Origin: a virus
Lineage: Duplodnaviria; Caudoviricetes
Direction: 5' to 3' (one strand)
Virus record (IMG/VR): IMGVR_UViG_3300028920_000071
Span: 1,138-65,137 of that record
Length of the DNA: 64,000 nt
The translations under genes were made by a program, and so were the position numbers. This document shows positions 1 to 8,134 of this stretch, piece after piece. Every line of letters starts with the position of its first letter. The first letter of the stretch is position 1. The notes beneath the pieces are model-generated. The model was not told where the DNA came from, did no database searches, and saw only the letters and a program-made list of their open reading frames with translations.

Positions 1-639
1 ATTTCTTGTTATTTGATATGGAGAACCTATATAGATTATTTCACAATCTTTGAATGTTTGTTTACTCCTGATGTGAAAGTGACCAGAAAATACTTTCTTG
101 CATTTATTACCGAACAAGGATCCATCTAATCCATCTTCACTAGTTTTATATTTGTTATAATGAAAACCTTTAACATTGTAATGACCAAAACTCACATCAA
201 ATTCTTTGTCACTAATATAATCTATAAAATCAGAAAAATTAACAATCCAAGGTGTCAATAATATTTTCTTACCATTATTTTCAATAATCATGTTTTCTTC
301 TACGATTGTTATATTTTCAAACTTGCCCAAAAATTTAATTGAGTTAACATTAATCGTACTATTAAAATAACAATCATGATTTCCAACTAATATAAAAATT
401 TCAAAATCTTTAAAATAGTCATTAAATATATTAAAAACTTCATTTTGTATTTTGGTATTAATACTACTCCTGTTATCAAATACATCACCAAGAATGAAAA
501 TTCTTTTTATTTTATTTTCTTTGAGATATGGAACAAATTGATTGACTATAAAATTTTTCTGATTACGAAAATAAATTTCAGAATTTTTCTTTACACCAAA
601 ATGAAAGTCGCTACATAAACATACTAAATTAGAATTCAT
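1..639 (-). CDS. gp47: Mre11/SbcD-like recombination nuclease subunit (T4 gp47-like), truncated by window edge
   Basis: Not in ORF track. Manual reverse-strand translation from ATG at 639 gives MNSNLVCLCSDFHFGVRKNS...IFILGDVFDNR...ILVGNHD, the metallophosphoesterase motifs DxH, GD and GNHD. Start overlaps the gp55 stop (TAATG). Confidence 0.9.
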   Translation of the reverse strand, partial: MNSNLVCLCSDFHFGVKKNSEIYFRNQKNFIVNQFVPYLKENKIKRIFILGDVFDNRSSINTKIQNEVFNIFNDYFKDFEIFILVGNHDCYFNSTINVNSIKFLGKFENITIVEENMIIENNGKKILLTPWIVNFSDFIDYISDKEFDVSFGHYNVKGFHYNKYKTSEDGLDGSLFGNKCKKVFSGHFHIRSKQTFKDCEIIYIGSPYQITRN

Positions 640-1010
640 TAATTTTCAATCCTGTTGTTATCGGTTTTTTTAAAAAAGTCAACATAGTCAACACAAGTAA
701 ACATAGAGTCATATTTTTTTCTATCATTTAAATATTGGTAAACCGCATGTTTAACAATAGTTGTAAAAAACGAAAATGGATTTTTTTGTGTTAAGTCAAA
801 ATTTCCAACAAATCGCCACATATAATATGTTGCATCAGAAACCATTTCTTTTTTTCTATCTTCTGTATAATCTACAAAACTTGCTTTCCTTAAAAATCTT
901 TCAGCAATATTAACAAATGTTTTTCCTATTTCGTTCTTAACTCTCCTTGATTTTGTTTTTTCGTATTCCTTGAGCATTTTCAAGAAATCCGAATTTTTAC
1001 AATACATCAT
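639..1010 (-). CDS. gp55: Late-transcription sigma factor, T4 gp55-like (short, 123 aa)
   Basis: IGKTFVNIAERFLRKASFVDYT..KKEMVSDA...NFDLTQKNPFSFFTTI matches the gp55 core (NF..Y...EMI.D...NFD...NPFAYFT); TATAAATA late promoters are abundant in the window. Confidence 0.85.
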   Translation of the reverse strand: MMYCKNSDFLKMLKEYEKTKSRRVKNEIGKTFVNIAERFLRKASFVDYTEDRKKEMVSDATYYMWRFVGNFDLTQKNPFSFFTTIVKHAVYQYLNDRKKYDSMFTCVDYVDFFKKTDNNRIEN

Positions 1011-1031
1011 TTACAACCTCCATATCTATTA

Positions 1032-2798
1032 TTAAATATATTCTATTTTTGAAAAAGAATCTACTTTTTCTACTTGTAAGCAATTATTAAATTTCGAACT
1101 ATAATCTTGTTGTAAACGATGAGATATAATGTAAACAGATAAATTACTTTCATAAGTCATATTTTTAAGACTCGTGACTAGTTTATCTAAACCGGACTCA
1201 TCAATTGCACTATCTAATAATTCATCAATTAATAGAAGGTTGCAATTCCAATTTGATATTGTTTTTGTAATACTAATGAATGATAAAAGAATCGACATAT
1301 CAATTCTTTTCTTTTCTCCCTCGGAATACGAACAGTATGAAATGTCACTCTTCATGTTTTCATAGTTCGTTATTTTTTCTTCCATTAATTCATTAAATGA
1401 TAAAACAATCGGGATTTCAAACAATTGGAGATACTCATTTATTTTTGAATTAAGAATCGGAACTAGTTTTCTGAAAAAGAATGCTTTGATTCCTGATTCT
1501 GATAAAATGTTGTAAACCAATTCATAGTTCTCAATTATGTTTTTTAGATTTTGTGAATCTTTAAAGACTATTTTATATTCTTCAATTTTTTTGTGGAAAT
1601 CATTAGTAATAGAATCAACATCAATATCAATTTTTCTATTTGAAACTTTATTTAAATTTTCATTTAAATGTTTCAATTCAGATTCTAACATTTTCTTTTT
1701 TTCTTCTAAATTTTTCTTTTCTCCTTGATATTTGTTATAGTTTACTTTTAGACTTTCTAAATATTCAAGATGCTCTACATATTCTTTCCTTTCGCTCTCT
1801 TTGGTTTCCAATTCTTTTTTAAGATTTTTTAATTCATTATTTAATTTTTCTATTTCTTTTTGTTTATGTTCTTTTGTTAATATTGTTTTACATCTCGGAC
1901 AAACTACATCATTTTCTAAATTATGAATTGTATTATGATTATTTTCAATTGTATATTCTGTGGTATTTGTTATTTTGGTTATTTCTGATAATTTTAATTT
2001 ATTTTCTGTTATTGTTTCTTCCATATTTAATAGTGAAAATGAGATTAATTCTTTTTCAACTCTATCAATATCGGTTTTTATTGCGTATATATCTTCATGA
2101 TATTTCTGTATCCTCTTTTCTATACTTTGAATTTCCGTTTGTTTATTTTTTTCAAAATCTTTAGTTGCTGTTGTTATTTCTTTAAGATTTTTTCTAAGTG
2201 TTTTTAAATTTTCTTCAAGAATTTTAATTGAATTCAAACTCATTTCATATCGAACAAACGTATCGGCATTTTTTCTTTTTGCCTCTTTTAACATTTGACC
2301 AAAGACTGTGATGTTAAAAATTTGTTCAATGATTTGTCTTTTTTCCATTGAAGATAATGAAAGGAATGGTTTGTTATAGTTGACTGCCAATGAGATTACT
2401 TGTTTGAATAAGTAATAATTAATTCCTATGATTTTGTCAAGTTCTTCTTGGTTCAATCTTTTAGATGAAAGTAAATCTTCTTCGTTTCCATCTTTCACTA
2501 TTTCTAAGGAGTATGGTTCAAGTGTACGTTTTATTACATATGAACTACGATTATCTATTGTAAATTCACATGTAACTTCTGTATTTCTTTTATTTCTTCT
2601 GTTTATTAATTCTTTAATTTTAATATTACGATATGGTTTTCCAAAAAGACAAAACGACAAAGCATCTAATATTGCTGATTTGCCAGAACCATTTTTTCCA
2701 GATATAAGATTTATACCTTTAGTAAAATCAATTACGGTTTCTTTTGCACCAAAGGATAGAATGTTTTTGAATTTCAATTGCTTAAATGATATTATCAT
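1032..2798 (-). CDS. gp46: Rad50/SbcC-like recombination ATPase subunit (T4 gp46-like)
   Basis: Walker A GKNGSGKS, coiled coils, CPRC zinc hook, signature YSEGEKKRID, Walker B LLLIDE, H-loop IISH. Confidence 0.95.
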   Translation of the reverse strand: MIISFKQLKFKNILSFGAKETVIDFTKGINLISGKNGSGKSAILDALSFCLFGKPYRNIKIKELINRRNKRNTEVTCEFTIDNRSSYVIKRTLEPYSLEIVKDGNEEDLLSSKRLNQEELDKIIGINYYLFKQVISLAVNYNKPFLSLSSMEKRQIIEQIFNITVFGQMLKEAKRKNADTFVRYEMSLNSIKILEENLKTLRKNLKEITTATKDFEKNKQTEIQSIEKRIQKYHEDIYAIKTDIDRVEKELISFSLLNMEETITENKLKLSEITKITNTTEYTIENNHNTIHNLENDVVCPRCKTILTKEHKQKEIEKLNNELKNLKKELETKESERKEYVEHLEYLESLKVNYNKYQGEKKNLEEKKKMLESELKHLNENLNKVSNRKIDIDVDSITNDFHKKIEEYKIVFKDSQNLKNIIENYELVYNILSESGIKAFFFRKLVPILNSKINEYLQLFEIPIVLSFNELMEEKITNYENMKSDISYCSYSEGEKKRIDMSILLSFISITKTISNWNCNLLLIDELLDSAIDESGLDKLVTSLKNMTYESNLSVYIISHRLQQDYSSKFNNCLQVEKVDSFSKIEYI

Positions 2799-2847
2799 AC
2801 TCCAGACCTTTAACTTAAAATATCAACTGAACTTTATTACTGTAATT

Positions 2848-2876
2848 AATATAACATTTTATTTCTATCTTGTCAA
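2848..2876 (-). promoter_or_regulatory. sigma70-type promoter for the gp46-gp55-gp47 operon
   Basis: Minus strand reads TTGACA (2876-2871), 17-nt spacer ending TGT, then TATATT (2853-2848), about 50 nt upstream of the gp46 start. Confidence 0.7.
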
Positions 2877-2880
2877 CATT

Positions 2881-2920
2881 TATTTAAACATTTAAATAAT
2901 TATTTAAACATTTAAATAAA
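2881..2920. repeat. Tandem 20-bp repeat of a palindromic unit (operator-like)
   Basis: TATTTAAACATTTAAATAAT TATTTAAACATTTAAATAAA; each unit is TATTTAAA-CA-TTTAAATA, a perfect 8-bp inverted repeat abutting the -35 box. Confidence 0.7.
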
Positions 2921-3191
2921 ACTTTAAAGTCAAGGTGTTCTGAAATCATTTCAAGGGGGGATGATTTTTTATTAATATAGTATATAGGGGGGTTTATATA
3001 TAGATATAATCTTAATGAAACTTTAAGTTATTAAATTTATCTAGAACCTAGACCTTTAAACTTAATTTCTAGATCAACTTAAGGTTTTAAATAAACCTAA
3101 GACACTTTAGTGGAAAGACCTGAATTGTTGCTGGCGCAACCAACAATCCTGCGGATTGTTGATGTTGTTAATATGATAAATATATGTAGAA

Positions 3192-3617
3192 ATGGAGGTT
3201 TATATGAAAATTGAAGATTTCAAAAAATTGAAACTAAAAGTTGAAAATGATTTACTCGTAGACGAAACAAACGCCGCTGAAAAATCCCTTAACTTCTCAA
3301 GACTATATAGCAAATATGTTTCCTTGTATATGCAAGAATTGAGAATTCTTAAAAATCTTTCAGCTGAAAAAGATAAAATTTACGGTGAATTATATCACAA
3401 ATTTAAATTTAAAAGCGACTATCAACTAGACTCAAATAAAGAAATTGATGTCTATGTTAAGGCTGATGATAAGTATTATAATAAGTGCCTTGATTTTCAA
3501 AATCAAGAAATTATTGTATCTTACTTAGAAATGACACTTCAAAATATAACAAATACTGGTTATCGTATCAAAAATTTTATAGAGCTTCTTAAGCTTAAAA
3601 TGGGGCTTCATAGTTAA
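3192..3617 (+). CDS. uvsY: Recombination mediator UvsY-like
   Basis: ~140 aa helical protein with LYSKY...Y+L...EIDVYVKAD...YLE..L..I...GY.IKN.IE pattern; directly upstream of UvsW. Confidence 0.8.
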   Translation: MEVYMKIEDFKKLKLKVENDLLVDETNAAEKSLNFSRLYSKYVSLYMQELRILKNLSAEKDKIYGELYHKFKFKSDYQLDSNKEIDVYVKADDKYYNKCLDFQNQEIIVSYLEMTLQNITNTGYRIKNFIELLKLKMGLHS

Positions 3618-3635
3618 ATATATGGATAAATTAGA

Positions 3636-5174
3636 ATGATAGATTATACAATTATTTTAGATAAAGTTGATGAAGTTTATATTTCACCTTCTAAAATAAC
3701 AATTGAACAACAATTGGAATTAGGAGAAGAGTTTTCCTGTAAAGCTAAAGACTTCTGGTTCCATCCTAAGTTTAGAACAGGTGAATGGTCAGGTGAGTTA
3801 AAATATTACAATAGAAACACCAATCAATTTCCTATCGGTCTTTTACCACAATTTATTAGGTTCTGTAAGAAATTTAATTATAACTATAAATTTAATTTTG
3901 ATATATCAGAACTTAAGTGTGAGATTGATGATGATGATGTTGATAAACTTTACAAAAGCATCTTTAAAAAAGGATATATACCTAGAGATTATCAAGATTA
4001 TGCCATCAAAAAGGCATTACGCAACAAGAGAGGTATTATAGAACACCCGACTGCCAGCGGTAAATCTCTAGTCTTATATACATTAATTAGATTTATCTTG
4101 GCTACGACTGAAAAGAAGGTTTTATTGGTTGTTCCGAGTATAAATTTAGTTAAACAAATGTTTAGTGATTTTGTTGATTATGGTTGGTCATCATGTGAAT
4201 CATATGCGACATTAATTTATGGCGCTGCTAAGAAACGAGATTGGAATAAGCCAATAATAATATCTACTTGGCAAAGTATTCATAAAAAGAGTCCTGAGTT
4301 TTTCAGGGACTTTGGAATGGTCATAATTGATGAAACACATGGAGCTAAAGCAGCTAGTCTAAAATCAATCTTAGAAAAGAGCTCAAATGCTGACTACAGA
4401 ATTGGACTTACAGGTTCATTACAAGATATTAATATCAAGAATGAAAAGGCTGATTTTCTGACAATTTCAGGTTATTTAGGGCCTGTGATTGCTAAGGAGA
4501 AAACTAGTGATTTAATTGATAAAGGTTTTCTATCCGATATTATGGTTGCTAACATATTTATTAAGTATCCAAAAGATATTGTTGATTTAACAAAATATGA
4601 AAGTTACAGTTATGTGGAAGAGGTTGATATTATACAGAGTTACGCCAATAGGAATAAGATTTTAGATTACATAATAAATCATTCTAAAAAGGATAATAAC
4701 ATACTTATTTTATGTCATGAAATTGAGGACCATTTATTGGTAGTTAAGGATTACATAGAGAATCATTTTGAGGACTGGAATTTACATATAATTTATGGAA
4801 AGACTACAGCTAATCAGAGGGAAAAGATTAGAAATGAAATGAGAGGTAAAGGCGGTAATATTTTATTAGCATCATATGGAACTTTATCAACTGGAGTTAA
4901 CATTCCAAGGTTACATCAGGTCGTATTTTATTCTAGTTATAAAAGTAAAATTAAGGTACTACAAAGTATTGGTCGTGGGTTGAGAAAGCATGAAAGTAAG
5001 AGCAAGTTAATATTATGGGATATAGTTGATGATTTGACATATAAAACATATAGAGCAGGTAAAGAAATTCTCCACAAAAATTATGTTTATTCTCATTGGT
5101 TAAAAAGGCTAAGTTATTACAAGAAACAAGGCTTTAAATTTGTTAACAAACAAATAGACTTAGAAAAATTATAA
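3636..5174 (+). CDS. uvsW: SF2 DNA/RNA helicase UvsW-like
   Basis: PRDYQ, PTASGKS, STWQS, DETH, GLTGS, STGVNIPRL and QSIGRGLR motifs; N-terminal FHPKFRTGEWSG typical of UvsW. Confidence 0.93.
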   Translation: MIDYTIILDKVDEVYISPSKITIEQQLELGEEFSCKAKDFWFHPKFRTGEWSGELKYYNRNTNQFPIGLLPQFIRFCKKFNYNYKFNFDISELKCEIDDDDVDKLYKSIFKKGYIPRDYQDYAIKKALRNKRGIIEHPTASGKSLVLYTLIRFILATTEKKVLLVVPSINLVKQMFSDFVDYGWSSCESYATLIYGAAKKRDWNKPIIISTWQSIHKKSPEFFRDFGMVIIDETHGAKAASLKSILEKSSNADYRIGLTGSLQDINIKNEKADFLTISGYLGPVIAKEKTSDLIDKGFLSDIMVANIFIKYPKDIVDLTKYESYSYVEEVDIIQSYANRNKILDYIINHSKKDNNILILCHEIEDHLLVVKDYIENHFEDWNLHIIYGKTTANQREKIRNEMRGKGGNILLASYGTLSTGVNIPRLHQVVFYSSYKSKIKVLQSIGRGLRKHESKSKLILWDIVDDLTYKTYRAGKEILHKNYVYSHWLKRLSYYKKQGFKFVNKQIDLEKL

Positions 5175-5177
5175 ATA
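5170..5177 (+). promoter_or_regulatory. T4-type late promoter TATAAATA
   Basis: Exact consensus ~45 nt upstream of ORF 5220. Confidence 0.6.
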
Positions 5178-5219
5178 ATAAGGTAAAGCTTTAGTTTTAT
5201 TTTAACTAGTGGAGAATAA

Positions 5220-5651
5220 ATGCATTACAAAAAATATCTTCAAGAATTTGAAGAAAAATCATATTCAGATGTTTTAAAATCGACTGATGATATAATGTAT
5301 TCCAATGCTAGGGCAATGGAGATATATGGTCGTGGTAAAAGATTTGATATTGCTGATAATCTTATTTTATACGAGGTTGTTAAAATAGTTAGAGATACTA
5401 TTGATAAACATTTTTATCAAAATAGTGTAAAATTTTCTATACAAATTGCGGATAGAGAGGCACATTTTACTTTTATTGTTGGTAAAGAGGATGCCAAATA
5501 TAGTTATTTTTTAGAAACTCTTTTCATGTATATAACTAATGAAATATATAGAACATATGGTAATTACTTTAATATTGATAGGGAGGAAAAATCAGCCGGT
5601 AAAAACAAAGTTAAGCTTAAGATAATTGTCAAAAAAAATGAGGAGGTCTAA
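5220..5651 (+). CDS. Hypothetical protein with capsid-targeting-like N-terminus (MHYKKYLQE)
   Basis: GGAG SD, late promoter, leader resembles those of the 24477-26226 array. Confidence 0.6.
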   Translation: MHYKKYLQEFEEKSYSDVLKSTDDIMYSNARAMEIYGRGKRFDIADNLILYEVVKIVRDTIDKHFYQNSVKFSIQIADREAHFTFIVGKEDAKYSYFLETLFMYITNEIYRTYGNYFNIDREEKSAGKNKVKLKIIVKKNEEV

Positions 5652-6397
5652 TGAGTGTTATTTCAAGTTTCTTTACTGGGTTTTTTAACTTCCTTGATAA
5701 ATTACCATCGTGGCAAGGTATAACTACTCTTATAATAGTGTTACTTATTATAATATTAACTCCACAGATAAGAAAATTATCTGTTTGGATTTTTGAAAAA
5801 TTTGTAGCAAAAAAGAGAAGTTGTGGTGATTGTATTCTAATTATATTTGGAATATCTGAAAAATATAAAACACAAATAGATCAGATTTCAAGAAGAATAT
5901 TGGAAACCCAGATGAACTATGCCGAGCAAAAAATCGAAATGCTTATTCTAGAATTGTTAAGAACATATAAAGAACAACAGAATAAAAAACTAGAGACTAC
6001 CGATAAGAAGGCAAGTTCAAAAGAATTAGATAAAGAGTATATTAATTATAGAGAATGTTTATTAAATGCAATAGAATTATCTAGGAGAGAAGTTAGAAGA
6101 ACATTTAAAGAAAATGGTTTTGAAGATTTAAGTGGAAAAGAGTTCGCAGATTATGTTAAAGATAAAGCAAAAGACTTATTGGCTATTGCAAGAAACTATA
6201 TGATGAATTCTTATTTTAAAGATTCATATATTCAAATTGAAGAAAGATTTAATAGTTTCGATGAAAGAGCTTTTGAAGATTTAGTTTTTGATGTTTATAT
6301 TAAAGCCAAAGAAGCTAAAAACACAAGTGTAAAAAAGATGGTCGATTTAGATCAAGAATTTAAAAATGAGATAGATAATTTTATAACAAAGAAATAA
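5651..6397 (+). CDS. Single-pass membrane protein (holin-like candidate)
   Basis: Hydrophobic segment GITTLIIVLLIIILTP near the N-terminus, basic flank, CxxC, then a helical soluble domain; GGAGG SD. Confidence 0.5.
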   Translation: MSVISSFFTGFFNFLDKLPSWQGITTLIIVLLIIILTPQIRKLSVWIFEKFVAKKRSCGDCILIIFGISEKYKTQIDQISRRILETQMNYAEQKIEMLILELLRTYKEQQNKKLETTDKKASSKELDKEYINYRECLLNAIELSRREVRRTFKENGFEDLSGKEFADYVKDKAKDLLAIARNYMMNSYFKDSYIQIEERFNSFDERAFEDLVFDVYIKAKEAKNTSVKKMVDLDQEFKNEIDNFITKK

Positions 6398-6410
6398 TAG
6401 GAGTTTAAAA

Positions 6411-6872
6411 ATGGCAGAGAAAAATACAAGAGATGAAGCTAGAGTTTTGTTAAAGAAAATAACAGAATTTAATGTTGCGAACAACTATTATCAAAAAGAA
6501 GAAAAGGAAGAAATAGCTAGAGATTTGAAAAAACTTCTTTTTGTTGATGATCCAACAGTTAGAAAATTTTTGGAGAAGTGGCTTAGTTCAACAAAAGAAA
6601 TCGCATTTGAATATGACTTGATGGGAACAAAACCAGAAGTTGAAGAACACGAAGAAGAAACCGAAGAAGAAGAAACTGAAGAAAAAGAAGAAGACGAAGA
6701 AGAAGAACAAAAAGAGGAAAAAGAAGAAGTTGAAGAAGAAAAACCAGCTGAGGCTCCAACAGAAGAAGCACCAGCAGAATCAGAAGCACCAACTCAAGAA
6801 CAAGAAGTCGCTGCACTTGAAAGCACAGTCTATGAATCATATATAAATGAAGTTAATGATCTTTTGTTATAA
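6411..6872 (+). CDS. Hypothetical acidic protein (probable prohead core/internal protein)
   Basis: Glu-rich C-terminal half; AGGAG SD. Confidence 0.6.
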   Translation: MAEKNTRDEARVLLKKITEFNVANNYYQKEEKEEIARDLKKLLFVDDPTVRKFLEKWLSSTKEIAFEYDLMGTKPEVEEHEEETEEEETEEKEEDEEEEQKEEKEEVEEEKPAEAPTEEAPAESEAPTQEQEVAALESTVYESYINEVNDLLL

Positions 6873-6890
6873 TTTAATTGGAGGCTAAGT

Positions 6891-7673
6891 ATGGGTAATT
6901 TTCTAGAATACTTGGATGATTTTGATAAAAATATGGAACAAAAAATAATCCGAGAACAAGCTGAAATACAAAAACCAAGTAAAAAGAAAGTTAAAAAGAA
7001 ATTTGTAATTAAAAAGAAAAGATATGTTAACGAAAACAATGACTTAGACGTTAACAAAGCAACTAGTATATTACAAAATTTCATGAAAGAAAATACTGGT
7101 AAAGAATCACCAGAGAGTGTTAGTCAAGCTGTTAAAGTTTTACAAAGTTATATTGATGGTAATATTGATAAAATAGAAAAGAAAGAAACAATAACAGAAA
7201 ATGAAGTTGATAGAGCAACTGCTATTTTAGATGGAATTGATGAAGCGGGTTCATCTGGTGGAATGCCTTTATCAACAAGATTCTATGATGACTCTGGAAA
7301 AGTGGATAAATCTGTTAACAATCAAAGTATAACAGAAGCAGCTTCAGATTTATTGGGTGGAGATAGTAGCGTTGAAATAGACGGTGTCGCTGATTTACCA
7401 CCTGAATCAAGAATAAACACAACAGCAAGACCATTGATGGAAGTTCCGAAAATGGATGAAGAAATGTTAAAACATGTTCCACCAGAAATGTTGCCACCAG
7501 AATATAAACAACATGTAAAACAACAGGAGAAGATAGAGAAAATAGCAGAGGAAAATAGTCAAAAGGAAATACCACCGGAAATTCAAAAGATGATGGACGA
7601 TACTCGTAAGTTACAACAAATGTTTTCAAATGTAAATACCAGTCAAGTTCCATCCCAATTTTTAAATAATTAA
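6891..7673 (+). CDS. Hypothetical protein (MGNFLEYLDD leader; repeated motif D/E-V-x-R/K-A-T-x-I-L)
   Basis: GGAGG SD; several (I/V)-x-E sites such as ITE; possible internal head protein. Confidence 0.6.
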   Translation: MGNFLEYLDDFDKNMEQKIIREQAEIQKPSKKKVKKKFVIKKKRYVNENNDLDVNKATSILQNFMKENTGKESPESVSQAVKVLQSYIDGNIDKIEKKETITENEVDRATAILDGIDEAGSSGGMPLSTRFYDDSGKVDKSVNNQSITEAASDLLGGDSSVEIDGVADLPPESRINTTARPLMEVPKMDEEMLKHVPPEMLPPEYKQHVKQQEKIEKIAEENSQKEIPPEIQKMMDDTRKLQQMFSNVNTSQVPSQFLNN

Positions 7674-7688
7674 GTAGGAGAAAAAAAT

Positions 7689-8120
7689 ATGCCAAACATT
7701 GTTACAAACCTAGCAAAAGAAACAATGATTTCAGCTGTTAGTGGATCTGATTTGAAGATTGCATTATTAGACAATATTGTACTTTCAGCAGAAGATACTA
7801 TAAAAGATATTGGAAGCTGGACGGTTTTGTCTGCAAATGAAATATCTGGAACTAATTATAAAGCTGGTGGAGTATCACTATCTGGAGTATCAGCATATTC
7901 AAGTGATGTTGATAACAGAGCCTATTTTAACGGAAATAGTGTTAACTGGACTAACGCAACTATTTCTGCATATGGGTTTTCATTATATAGGAGTACAAGC
8001 AATTTAGTTATTAATATTGTTCAATTTAATGGAGTATCAGAAGGTAATCCTAAAATATCAACTAATGGAACTTTTAGTATGGCATGGGATAGCAACAAAA
8101 TACTACAAATGATTGGGTAA
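7689..8120 (+). CDS. Putative virion structural protein (beta-rich)
   Basis: LKIALL...NEISGTNYKAGGVSL...VNWTNATISA pattern common to small phage tail/structural proteins. Confidence 0.6.
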   Translation: MPNIVTNLAKETMISAVSGSDLKIALLDNIVLSAEDTIKDIGSWTVLSANEISGTNYKAGGVSLSGVSAYSSDVDNRAYFNGNSVNWTNATISAYGFSLYRSTSNLVINIVQFNGVSEGNPKISTNGTFSMAWDSNKILQMIG

Positions 8121-8134
8121 ACTAAAGGTAAATA

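Noticed and set aside
2428-2895. 155-aa plus-strand ORF opposite gp46
   Set aside because: Antisense to a conserved gene, with no motif or SD.
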